43,778 nt of DNA. It comes from Euryarchaeota archaeon UBA53. GTDB taxonomy: Archaea; Thermoplasmatota; Poseidoniia; Poseidoniales; Poseidoniaceae. Where the stretch lies: NCBI GenBank assembly GCA_002507425.1, contig DAZU01000114.1, positions 701 through 44,478 of the forward strand, read 5' to 3'. Shown piece after piece: positions 33,129-42,748 of the stretch. Every line of letters begins with the position of its first letter. The stretch's first letter is position 1. The notes beneath the pieces were generated by a model, which was not told where the DNA came from, ran no database searches, and saw nothing but the letters and a program-made list of their open reading frames with translations. Made by a program: the position numbers and the translations under genes.

Positions 33129-35807
33129 CTAATGGTTATGAGGCTTGAAGGTAGCGTTTACTTTTGGTTTGTTAATGGTGAATAATGTGCGATATGATTC
33201 GACTGTTCCGTTCCAAATAGAAACTGCTATGTCTTGTATCAGTTTTACTGTTCCTCCACTACCCGAAAGCCTTGCCCCGTTGACAATTACTCCAATCACA
33301 CTTAATTCATGAACCAGAACTCCGAAAGCCAAATTGTCGTATAAATCTACTAACACTCCGTAAACTAATGCCAGTGTGATTGCAACAGAATAAACAATAT
33401 TCCACATCAAAACAGAGTTTGTTTTTCTTGAGTGGTTAATTAACTGAGAAATTAATCTAGGATCTTCACCCGGAACTAATACATCGGCTGCTTCTAGATT
33501 GGTTGATTCTCCACTGCCAATCGCAATTCCTACGTCCGAGGCTGCCATGGCAGCTGCATCATTAAATCCGTCTCCAATCATCATCGTGATGTGAGTCTTG
33601 GACCTTTCTTGCACCCACCTTACTTTTGCTTCAGGAGTCATATCTCCCCTTACTGCCGACTGTGGCATACCAATTTCTCTCGCCATATTATTGACCGCAT
33701 CTTGATTATCGCCCGATAGGATTTCTACATTAATACCCTGCTCATATAGAGTTTTTATTAACTCGGGACTGCCATCTCTTATGTCATCATGAATGAATGT
33801 AAATAATGCGACTGGTTTCCCTTCTTTTGTTAGTAAGCTTGCTCCATGTCCTTCTTTTTGCGCTTCTTTTAATGCGGTCAAAAGTTTCCCAGTTAGCATG
33901 GACTCATTTGCTCTAACAAAAGCGACATCTGCACCATTTAATTTGGCATATACCCCATCCTCTCCGTCGGTTATACTCGATACGTTCAGTGGCTGGATGT
34001 CTTCTTTCGAAGCATAGGATATAATTGACTGTGCGTATGGGTGATTAGACGAGGCCTCAATACCAGCAGCAAGCCCAATTGCAGATTCTCTTTTACGACC
34101 CCGAGATAGAGTAATTTTACCTATTCTAGGCTTCCCTGAGGTAAGTGTTCCTGTTTTGTCAATAAGGGCTAGATTGACTTTTGAAAGAGATTCCAACACA
34201 TCACCACCTCTTACAATCGTACCGTTTCTTGCTGCTCTAGCAAGACCTGCTGCATGGGGTATTGGTGAGGCCAATAATAAAGCACACGGGCAAGCAACTA
34301 CCCACAGAAGTAGTATCAGTTTTGGGTCTGCCCCAGGTTGAATCAACCATGCTAAGAAAGCGCCTATCAAAACAACAGGAATCCATATTGCAGTAAAACT
34401 TTCTATTGCCCCTTGTAATCGAGTAGGCTGTTCTTTGAATTCGTATACCTTGTCAATCAACCCTGACAATCTTGTATCATCTCCTACCGCCGTGACGTCA
34501 ATCTTTACAGGACCTCTTGCCAAAGTCAAACCTGCTTGCAATTCATCGCCCACAGCCACCTCAACTGGTACGGACTCACCAGTAAGTGGGGCTCGATTTA
34601 TTGAACCAGATCCAGAAATAATAACACCATCAGCAGGAATTAATTCTCCGCTGCGAATTTCTAGATGGTCCCCTTTGATGACTAAGCCAATTGGAATTTC
34701 CTCACCTGTAAATGTATTGAATGCTTCAGGGGTTATGGGCTGGGGGGTGCTAACAATACTAAATCCTCCACTGAACTTTTTTGATACTCTCCTTGCCATA
34801 CGTGGTATACGATCTAAGCCACCTTGCATTGCCTTCCTAGATTTTACTAACCCCTCTTCCTTCATATGTTCTGTCCAAGCTACCAGAATGATAACCATTA
34901 GAGCCTCACTCCAAGCCTCTAGTATGGAAGCTCCAATAACCGCAAGTGATGTTAATAATTGGAATACAAGTTGGCGATTTTTTACAGAAGCCCAAGCCTG
35001 GTTCATCATCTTGTAACCTCCGAGTAATACTCCGCTTAACCCGAAGGCTCCAACTAACCACCTGTTACCTGAAAGGGACTCGGAAATAATTACTAAAACC
35101 AACATTACAAAAGAAAACCCGGCTCCTATCATCCTCCATTGCGAAGGAAGAATTCTTTTTCCTGTTTCTTCTTTCAATTCATAATTCCCACCGATTATTT
35201 GTTTCAAAGCGTCTTCCATTACTATACGTAGGTCATTGGCGGGTTCTGGTAGCATTTGTAAGATAATTTCCCCTTGCTTGTTAACCTTGCAATCCAGAAC
35301 ACCTGGCTGCCGTTTGAATATCCTTGGTAACCGTTTGATAGTAACTGAATGACGACTAGCGACATCTGATGCTTTTACACCTGATATCTGCATGTAAGGA
35401 AGGTTCGGAGGATTACCTAGAGAGCTAAGAATTGCAGAAGCTTCTGAGGCACTGCCTTTCTCAAAATTTACGTCTAAAGTCACAGTACCCTCAGTAGCAC
35501 TAATCATTGATCTATCTACTTGTGGGAGACGATTCAATGCACTCATCGCTTTGTACGCACAATCCGGACAATCCATGTCTTCAATTGGCCACATAACTGT
35601 ATAATTTCCCGCAAATTCTTCGACAATTGTCATATCAACTACTTCAGCATCTATTGTATTGCTTGACTGCGTAGGGTATGATCCAGATGATTGTAGGTTG
35701 ATAGGAACTGGCTTACTAGACGATTTCTGAGGTTTTTCCATCTCAGAGGATTCATCGTCCTCGAGGGATAAGAATTCAGACGAATCTTCCTGCACAAACC
35801 CATGCAA
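33129..35807 (-). CDS. Heavy-metal translocating P1B-type ATPase
   Basis: N-terminal HMA-like domain with DCPDC, TGES (PLTGESVP), TM CPC (VVACPCALLLASP), DKTGTLT, HP motif SSNHPYA and GDGFNDAAAMA. It begins with a ~70-aa acidic/Ser-rich extension. Internal Met residues at about aa 23, 59 and 72 are alternative starts. Confidence 0.93.
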   Translation of the reverse strand: MHGFVQEDSSEFLSLEDDESSEMEKPQKSSSKPVPINLQSSGSYPTQSSNTIDAEVVDMTIVEEFAGNYTVMWPIEDMDCPDCAYKAMSALNRLPQVDRSMISATEGTVTLDVNFEKGSASEASAILSSLGNPPNLPYMQISGVKASDVASRHSVTIKRLPRIFKRQPGVLDCKVNKQGEIILQMLPEPANDLRIVMEDALKQIIGGNYELKEETGKRILPSQWRMIGAGFSFVMLVLVIISESLSGNRWLVGAFGLSGVLLGGYKMMNQAWASVKNRQLVFQLLTSLAVIGASILEAWSEALMVIILVAWTEHMKEEGLVKSRKAMQGGLDRIPRMARRVSKKFSGGFSIVSTPQPITPEAFNTFTGEEIPIGLVIKGDHLEIRSGELIPADGVIISGSGSINRAPLTGESVPVEVAVGDELQAGLTLARGPVKIDVTAVGDDTRLSGLIDKVYEFKEQPTRLQGAIESFTAIWIPVVLIGAFLAWLIQPGADPKLILLLWVVACPCALLLASPIPHAAGLARAARNGTIVRGGDVLESLSKVNLALIDKTGTLTSGKPRIGKITLSRGRKRESAIGLAAGIEASSNHPYAQSIISYASKEDIQPLNVSSITDGEDGVYAKLNGADVAFVRANESMLTGKLLTALKEAQKEGHGASLLTKEGKPVALFTFIHDDIRDGSPELIKTLYEQGINVEILSGDNQDAVNNMAREIGMPQSAVRGDMTPEAKVRWVQERSKTHITMMIGDGFNDAAAMAASDVGIAIGSGESTNLEAADVLVPGEDPRLISQLINHSRKTNSVLMWNIVYSVAITLALVYGVLVDLYDNLAFGVLVHELSVIGVIVNGARLSGSGGTVKLIQDIAVSIWNGTVESYRTLFTINKPKVNATFKPHNH

Positions 35808-35809
35808 TT

Positions 35810-35826
35810 ATTCATCGATGATGAAT
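35810..35826. promoter_or_regulatory. 7-3-7 inverted repeat ATTCATC-GAT-GATGAAT, candidate operator in the ATPase / HAD divergent spacer
   Basis: A perfect 7-bp-arm inverted repeat read directly, starting 3 nt upstream of the annotated ATPase ATG (35805-35807 on the minus strand) and 45 nt upstream of the HAD ATG. The ATTCA/TGAAT half-sites resemble ArsR/SmtB-family operators as I recall them. Confidence 0.3.
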
Positions 35827-35870
35827 GCTCGCATAGTAAGCGTATTGAACAACAACCCCGAGGGATTTCC

Positions 35871-36593
35871 ATGAAGTGGTTACCAGATAATTGGAAACCT
35901 AAAGCAATCGCTGTTGACATAGACGGAACTATCACAGATTCAAACAAGAAGATCCATCTCGGCGCAATCAAGGCACTGCGAGAATTAGAGGATGCCGGAA
36001 TTCCCATAATTTTAGCAACTGGTAATGTTAGAGGTTTAACATATGGGCTATGGCGGTTTATTGGTGCGAGTGGGCCAATGGTTTGTGAAAACGGAGGAGT
36101 TGTTTGGCACCCTAATTGGGGAAAGCCAATAGTTAGAGCGAGTGGAGAGCGCGCCAAAGAAGCTGCAAACTACCTTTCAACAGTTGTAAACATAGATGCT
36201 GATGGGATACACACAAATGATTGGCGAGAGTCTGAATGGTGCTTGTTCCCTGATGAAGACTTGATTTCGATAACTAGATGTATCGAAGAAAGTGAATATA
36301 GCGATTTATCGGTAGTGAAGACGGGGTTTGCTATTCACCTTATGGAGCCACACTTAGATAAGGGCTCAGGCCTCAAGATAGCATTAGAAAAAATGGGCTT
36401 GTCTGCTGAAGAGATCTTAGCGGTAGGAGATGCTCCCAACGACATACCAATGTTTGCGATTGTAGGTCACAGCGTAGCTGTTGGAGGATGTTTCAAAGAT
36501 TTGGCAGACGTAGCTGACGTGGTTTCTCCATATCCGCACGGTGACACATTTAGACCCCTAGTAAACGCAATCCTCCGTGACATAGGTTACTGA
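35871..36593 (+). CDS. HAD-superfamily phosphatase (Cof-type; archaeal phosphoglycolate phosphatase-like)
   Basis: Motif I AIAVDIDGTITD, LATGN and motif IV GDAPNDIPMF. ATG 35871 gives about 240 aa, as in archaeal PGP. The track start at 35802 overlaps the ATPase start. Confidence 0.8.
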   Translation: MKWLPDNWKPKAIAVDIDGTITDSNKKIHLGAIKALRELEDAGIPIILATGNVRGLTYGLWRFIGASGPMVCENGGVVWHPNWGKPIVRASGERAKEAANYLSTVVNIDADGIHTNDWRESEWCLFPDEDLISITRCIEESEYSDLSVVKTGFAIHLMEPHLDKGSGLKIALEKMGLSAEEILAVGDAPNDIPMFAIVGHSVAVGGCFKDLADVADVVSPYPHGDTFRPLVNAILRDIGY

Positions 36594-36614
36594 TATTCAT
36601 TAGGGAACTGGGAG

Positions 36615-36696
36615 TGCCGGAGGTAGGATTTGAACCTACGAAGCATTTCGCAGCGCATCTTGAGTGCGCCCCCTTTGACCACTCGGGTACTCCGGC
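36615..36696 (-). tRNA. tRNA-Leu (CAA)
   Basis: The reverse complement folds by hand: acceptor GCCGGAG/CTCCGGC, anticodon stem GCGCA/TGCGC with loop CTCAAGA, long variable arm (CGAA-ATGC-TTCG), T-arm GTAGG-TTCAAAT-CCTAC. No encoded CCA; ACTCCC follows the acceptor stem. Confidence 0.88.
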
Positions 36697-36724
36697 TTTG
36701 GTTGTCGGCTGAGTTCATTAAACA

Positions 36725-39700
36725 TCATTCTTCCTCATCATATTCATGATACTGATTCCGTCTGATATAGGCGATTATGAGAATAAGTGCTGAGACGAAA
36801 ACTGATAATACGGCGAGGGATAAGATGGTGCTTTGAGATGCAGCAGAGTCGTCAGATCGTTGTTTAATGTTAGATATTGGAATAATCACATTTTCATCAC
36901 CGTCGATTTGTATAAAGAGTCCCAAATCTCCGGTTTTCCAAGCTTCTATCTCAAATTTATGGACACTACTAGCGCCGGATTTCAATGAAATATTTACTGT
37001 TTCAAAACTTCTATTATTCTCTCCAAACAATGTCAGATTTGACATTCCATCCATGACTCCAATGTTGGTAACAGTGCACTGGATAGTGATTATATCTCCT
37101 ATTTCTGGACGATAAGGATTGGCAACTATCTCAGCAATTTCTGGCTCATATGCGATCCACCTTACAACGGTTTCAAACGGATTTGCCTGATTAGTACCAA
37201 CACCAACAGCCTCCCTTCCTGCGGCGTCTGTTGCTGTAAACCAGATAATAATTGAATCTCCTTTTTGTAAATTCAAAGATGTGTTCATATCTACATTTCC
37301 AGAGTATAAGCTTGAAGAATCACTTTGAAATTTCACAGGAATCGTATCGGTCCCTTCCGATCCATCTATTATACGTCCATTGTTTACAAATTTCCAATTT
37401 ATAGCCACAGAGGATAATGAAAAACCGGCGTCATCATGCAGTGTTACTTCAACGGGAACATTTTCCAATCCGTCCGAATCTATGCTCACTAAGTTCCCCG
37501 GTGCAAGAATAAGGGTTGGAGGAGCGTTGTCGATGAGTATATTCATTTCGTCCCCAGTTCTATTATGACTTGAAACGCCGTCAATTTCTGCTAGTAATTT
37601 TATCTGTGTTCCATAAAACGCTGAATCAATAACGAATCGATTAGTTGATTTACCATTTGCATTGAAATTCCCAACCATAGATGAAGTATCATTATTTCCA
37701 ATTAGTTCAATGGTATATGATGCACTAAACGGTAAATTTTCAGCCGGTATGTTCAAGCCCCTATGAAACGCACAAACCTCGATATCCACAGCATCCTGTG
37801 CATGGATGTATAGTATGTCGTCCACAAACTCTCCAAGAGGGGCGATTTTGTCTATTGCATCTAATATCTTAAGATCTAATCCCTGATAAAGTTGCCAAGA
37901 AAAAAGGCTGATTGAAGAAAATCCTTCCAACGGTGCATTCTCATCCCAAAAATTCAGAGATGGGGTTTTCATTCCTTCATCTATGTCATCGATTAAGTCC
38001 CACCTCAATTCAAATAAAATTTTTACATCCCAAGTATTTACCTGCCACCTCTTTGAGAGTTCAACTCTTGGGGATCTAATGAAACATCCAGAATCATATG
38101 ATATCTCTCCATTCCATGGGGTCCACTCAATATCACAATAACCATGATTTTTTGACAGATCAAGACTCACACGATCTATTGAATCAATACCGTTTTGGTC
38201 TGACAATGTAAAATTAAATTCATGGGTATTTCCTGACAGCAAAAATCCGTTGACCAGATTTAATCCAATAGAGTCTCCGTTCACAATTGTAGAATACCTA
38301 GGCTGAACATATACAGTTGCATAGGGATTTGTTGAATTACCGCCTTCTAATAATTGGTTTCCAGCAAGATCTTTGCCTTCTACATAGATATCTAAATACC
38401 CATCTTGTTGGTTTGGAAGAGGAATACTTGATTCATCGATAAGGGGTATGTCAATGACGACATCGGTTGAGTCGATTGGAATAAGAAAATCAATGGATTC
38501 CCACCCTCGGCCGCTTCGGTTGTACCACAATTGCATTGTAGCTGGTAGACCATTATCATCCTGTAAATGGAGTATTAGCGGTATATCTTGACCAGGATGC
38601 CAAACATGTCCATCAGCAGGCTGATTTCCACCAGGGGCTGCAATTTGTAATGATACAACCCTTGAGTTATTATCGTCAAAGATAAAACTCGCTCGTTGGA
38701 ATTGCGATGTTGCGTCACTCGCAGTATTTTGATTGTTATTACCAATATTAATCAACTTAGGAACTATGTAAACAAGTTCTCCACTGTCAAACACATACTC
38801 GGGAATTTCAATAGTCAAGTTGAATTTCCCATACCGATCTATGTTTGCGGAAAAGTTGGACAAAATATTTCCTTCAGATTGTAAAGATATTATGACATCG
38901 ACTTCGTTGGGCATAGGGTTATCGTTGTTTACCCCTGAATATCGTACCTCTCCCTGAATAACAACCTCGCTTGATGGTTTTACATTCAAAGGCCACAAAG
39001 GCTCACTTATGTCATGAAGAGGCCTATCTTGCGACCATGCTCTTAGAGAGATAACTTCGAGATCGTTCGTAGATGCGGCATATTGAGCATTCCCTGTAAT
39101 GCCTACTGCTGGACCAAGATACAGCCCCTCAGCATTAATTGCATATACCAACCAGTAAATTCTCGGATTGTCGTCTAACATCCAATTTGATTTTAAAGAC
39201 CAAGTTGCATTCATCCCATCCCAACTAGAGTTTTGCACATCTAGAGTAATTACACCCGCTCCTGAATTTTGGATAAAGCGTCCACCACTGTCCAAATTAT
39301 CAATAGTAATTTCCGCAAACGAATCTTGTTGTGAGTTGCTAGATGATAATACCAATTTCACAGATGATAGAGAAGGTGTATCTTTTAATGATTCGTGATG
39401 AGACACTGCAACTTGAGTTCGGCCCGGGATAAAGGTCTTGTTGGGAAGGGTTATCCATCGGTCTTCAATCGTTTTTTCGTAATCGACTTGCCCATCAAAG
39501 AAAACTCCGCCTCTGTCTGCTGAAATTTTTACCGATAGAACAGACATTGTTTGTTGATTTGGAATAAATAAATCGCTGAGTGATGAATTAATATCTATCG
39601 AATGTTCAAATCCAGAGATATAATTCAGGGAATACAGATTGAAAAAACTAGAGTTTGAAGATGTGAAGCGAATTTCCAATTCCGTCATTTGATGAGAAAA

Positions 39701-42688
39701 ACCATTGGCATGAATCTCAACATGATACTCACTGTATGATGCTAAACTTGATCCATTAGTTTCGAAGTTTATTCCTCCACGATAGCAATTGTAAGATACT
39801 GCGCAATTCCAGGATTGATTAGATAGGTTGCGAGAAGGTAGTAAGACCGAAAATGATAGATTATGATGATATTCAACCTTGAATCCGAGATTGTTGGAAA
39901 GATTTTGAGTGATTCCATCTACTTTTAGCGAATGCAGGCGGTTGGTGAGGTGGAAGTCTCCTTGCCAAGCCCAATCAACTTGACCATCTTCACCCAAATC
40001 TATGGATGGATTCAAAGGAGCTAAAAGTGTCACTGGCTCAATTTTTATCCATTCAAATATCTCACCTGATTCGATTTGAATCTCGATTGATATGTCTTGG
40101 GCGGGGCCGAATGGATTAGCCATGTTCTCTCCACACTCTGCTTCGTCTATGATAAAGCTAGATCCGAGGCTGCTACTCGGACTTGTCGGACCCAAGAATG
40201 GAACTTTCCCTGGGATAGATTTGATACGGGCGGAAATATTGCCAACACAGTCGAGATTCACACTGTCGAATGTCCTCCAATGAGGCAATTCGATTGTAAA
40301 TGTATATTCTGAATTTTGAGACACTGGTTGGTCTTGATCAAATATCCAACTGGGCAGATTATCGTCAGCAGCGCGCAACAAATCATGATTGAAATATTCG
40401 GTAATTCCGTGATGGAGTATTTTTACTCTAGGAGTTAAAGTCTCGTTATTTGAGCTGAAATAAAGTCTAAATCTCAACTCAGGATACTCCCATGCAGCGA
40501 CTTTTAGATTAAATGGTAATGTTTTATTTTGGTGTCCTTCGATGATATTTCCCGATGCGTCCAAAACATCAACTGTGAGATTAGTTCCATGGGGTTGTTC
40601 ATACAGGGATGTTAATCTAGCCCAGCCCGAATTACCGGCTGTTATTGGAGGACTGGTCCAAACGCCTTGCGACCTAAATCTGTCAATAACAATACCTGCA
40701 TCGTCAATGTACCACCCATCTTCCTCAACATATGTATCGGAGAAGAATGAAAATCGAATTCTTACATCATTGCCAGCAAGATGGGATATGTCACCGCTTA
40801 TCCTTGAAAAAGTGTGATTTAAGTTTGAATTACCGCAACCATTAGCAACGGTTGAACCGTCAAAAATTCCCATTCCATGGAATGGCGAATTCGGATTTAC
40901 TTGGGAAACTATCTCATAGAAACCTGTTATGTTTTGGCCAAAAGGTTGCCAGGTCAATCCATCATCTATTGAAGTAAAAATTGTTCCTCCATCCCAAGCA
41001 CTTTCTGTGCAAACCCAGTGGTTAAATGTTAATCTTGCAGTAGCATCAGATGGTATCTGATAGAGGGGTGAGACTAAGTGAGTATACACATTGTTTGTAT
41101 ATTGTCCTTCAAGGTTTATTCCCACACCGTTGTAACCACTCGGCCAAACCGAAGAATTTGGTCCGTATCCATCATCATTTTCGATTTCGCCTCTTTCCCA
41201 CTTTGATTCGCCTCGTACATGGTCAACTCGCCATCCTTCTGGCAAGCCTTGAATTTGATCGAATGTTTCTGATATTGCCCATGGTCCATTGTGACCACTC
41301 CAGTCTATGTAGGCCCAATCGTTGCTGCTTCCTGAGTTATACTGCAAATATTGGCTTGAGTTGTCTGTGAAATTTTGTAATAATCGAACCAGACTATTTT
41401 GTGTACCCATCGCTGACAAGACCTTGAGGTCATCAATCATTATGCCTTCCCAGCCATCAATACCACTACCTCCGTAATTTATTGACGAATCTGTTTGGAC
41501 TTGGAATTTCAAAAGGCTGCTAGGTGCATTAGGGTGTCCAACAATCCATGGAGGGAGCGGGTGGATTAGTTCTCTCCAACCATAGGATTGCTGTGTAAAT
41601 GTCGAACCTCCAGAGACTGTACTTTGGCCCGGAACACCAGGAAGAGGACTTATTACCGACCAAGTTGAGCCATTATCTTGAGAAATCATAACGTTTAGAT
41701 TGTCTGAATTTCCACCTTGGATATCCCAATTAGCCCAGTATGTAAGCTCTAATGGATTTGTTAATCCAGACAAGTCCACTGGTACCATAAGAGTCCCATT
41801 TGCATTACTCGAGTATTGTCCGGATGTATTACCATGAAACCATGCTCGAAGTGGTTCACCATCATTTGATAGGTTAAATGTATCAATAAACAAGCCTACA
41901 TCTGCGGATGAATTTTGTGAGGATTCAACATAGAACCTAAATCCAATCTCGTTAGCACTTTGTGAAATGTTGTCTAGTGAGTATTCCTGCCTTTGCCAAG
42001 TTTGACTGAATCCTGACCAATTATCAATAGAAACCCATGTTTGTCCATTATCTATGGAATATTCAAGGCCAAATTCGTCATCTGAATCAAAACTATTCCA
42101 TCTATCGAATGATAAAGAGAAATTTCTCACCACATCGGGAATTTCCCAAAACTGGGATCTCACGTATCCTGTTGTTCCAGGAGGTATCGTTCCATTACTA
42201 CCTGCTGCATAATCACCTGAGGTTGCGTTTTGCGGACCGTAATTCACAGAAGAAAGGTTAACTGGTATCCACAAGGAGTCACCCTGCGTGCTCCAAGAAC
42301 TAAACTGCGGAGTTATAGATTCAAAATCTGTCATCTCACCATATGTTGAAATCGGTGCTAAAGTAAGATCACCATTGGATGTCAAATATGATGTCCCATC
42401 TGAAATTCCTGAAGAAAATCCTCCCAAATCATATGCAGACCAGGATGAACCGTTATTTTGTGAAGGTATCCACTTTGGGGCTATACTGAACTGTGATCCA
42501 GTAATTGTTGAATTTGTAGGAATTTCAAACCCTTCATACGTGGAGTTAGAATGTGAAATACCTGCATCATCTGGAGAACTATCTGGGCCCTGCCATGTTG
42601 CAATGTCAGCCGCTGCCCATGGGGATAGGACCATCAAAACAGCAAGATAGATGGCTTGTCTGATCGGGTTCACCGAAGGTGAACTCAA
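36725..42688 (-). CDS. Giant (1987 aa) secreted surface protein with signal peptide, three Asp-box-containing beta-sandwich modules and C-terminal TM anchor
   Basis: N-terminus IRQAIYLAVLMVLSPWAAADIA. Asp-box (S-x-D-x-G-x-T-W) motifs SIDNGQTW, SQDNGSTW and SIDDGLTW, each followed by a (W)-x-IDD module end. Very many N-x-S/T sequons. C-terminal helix ILSLAVLSVFVSALILIIAYI then RRNQYHEYDEEE. The start codon is TTG 42688, with GTG 15 nt downstream also possible. Confidence 0.85.
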   Translation of the reverse strand: MSSPSVNPIRQAIYLAVLMVLSPWAAADIATWQGPDSSPDDAGISHSNSTYEGFEIPTNSTITGSQFSIAPKWIPSQNNGSSWSAYDLGGFSSGISDGTSYLTSNGDLTLAPISTYGEMTDFESITPQFSSWSTQGDSLWIPVNLSSVNYGPQNATSGDYAAGSNGTIPPGTTGYVRSQFWEIPDVVRNFSLSFDRWNSFDSDDEFGLEYSIDNGQTWVSIDNWSGFSQTWQRQEYSLDNISQSANEIGFRFYVESSQNSSADVGLFIDTFNLSNDGEPLRAWFHGNTSGQYSSNANGTLMVPVDLSGLTNPLELTYWANWDIQGGNSDNLNVMISQDNGSTWSVISPLPGVPGQSTVSGGSTFTQQSYGWRELIHPLPPWIVGHPNAPSSLLKFQVQTDSSINYGGSGIDGWEGIMIDDLKVLSAMGTQNSLVRLLQNFTDNSSQYLQYNSGSSNDWAYIDWSGHNGPWAISETFDQIQGLPEGWRVDHVRGESKWERGEIENDDGYGPNSSVWPSGYNGVGINLEGQYTNNVYTHLVSPLYQIPSDATARLTFNHWVCTESAWDGGTIFTSIDDGLTWQPFGQNITGFYEIVSQVNPNSPFHGMGIFDGSTVANGCGNSNLNHTFSRISGDISHLAGNDVRIRFSFFSDTYVEEDGWYIDDAGIVIDRFRSQGVWTSPPITAGNSGWARLTSLYEQPHGTNLTVDVLDASGNIIEGHQNKTLPFNLKVAAWEYPELRFRLYFSSNNETLTPRVKILHHGITEYFNHDLLRAADDNLPSWIFDQDQPVSQNSEYTFTIELPHWRTFDSVNLDCVGNISARIKSIPGKVPFLGPTSPSSSLGSSFIIDEAECGENMANPFGPAQDISIEIQIESGEIFEWIKIEPVTLLAPLNPSIDLGEDGQVDWAWQGDFHLTNRLHSLKVDGITQNLSNNLGFKVEYHHNLSFSVLLPSRNLSNQSWNCAVSYNCYRGGINFETNGSSLASYSEYHVEIHANGFSHQMTELEIRFTSSNSSFFNLYSLNYISGFEHSIDINSSLSDLFIPNQQTMSVLSVKISADRGGVFFDGQVDYEKTIEDRWITLPNKTFIPGRTQVAVSHHESLKDTPSLSSVKLVLSSSNSQQDSFAEITIDNLDSGGRFIQNSGAGVITLDVQNSSWDGMNATWSLKSNWMLDDNPRIYWLVYAINAEGLYLGPAVGITGNAQYAASTNDLEVISLRAWSQDRPLHDISEPLWPLNVKPSSEVVIQGEVRYSGVNNDNPMPNEVDVIISLQSEGNILSNFSANIDRYGKFNLTIEIPEYVFDSGELVYIVPKLINIGNNNQNTASDATSQFQRASFIFDDNNSRVVSLQIAAPGGNQPADGHVWHPGQDIPLILHLQDDNGLPATMQLWYNRSGRGWESIDFLIPIDSTDVVIDIPLIDESSIPLPNQQDGYLDIYVEGKDLAGNQLLEGGNSTNPYATVYVQPRYSTIVNGDSIGLNLVNGFLLSGNTHEFNFTLSDQNGIDSIDRVSLDLSKNHGYCDIEWTPWNGEISYDSGCFIRSPRVELSKRWQVNTWDVKILFELRWDLIDDIDEGMKTPSLNFWDENAPLEGFSSISLFSWQLYQGLDLKILDAIDKIAPLGEFVDDILYIHAQDAVDIEVCAFHRGLNIPAENLPFSASYTIELIGNNDTSSMVGNFNANGKSTNRFVIDSAFYGTQIKLLAEIDGVSSHNRTGDEMNILIDNAPPTLILAPGNLVSIDSDGLENVPVEVTLHDDAGFSLSSVAINWKFVNNGRIIDGSEGTDTIPVKFQSDSSSLYSGNVDMNTSLNLQKGDSIIIWFTATDAAGREAVGVGTNQANPFETVVRWIAYEPEIAEIVANPYRPEIGDIITIQCTVTNIGVMDGMSNLTLFGENNRSFETVNISLKSGASSVHKFEIEAWKTGDLGLFIQIDGDENVIIPISNIKQRSDDSAASQSTILSLAVLSVFVSALILIIAYIRRNQYHEYDEEE

Positions 42689-42748
42689 GGTTTAGATGTT
42701 TGAATCTTCGTCTTGGTTGTATTGTAAAAACAATTGAAGGGTTGATAG

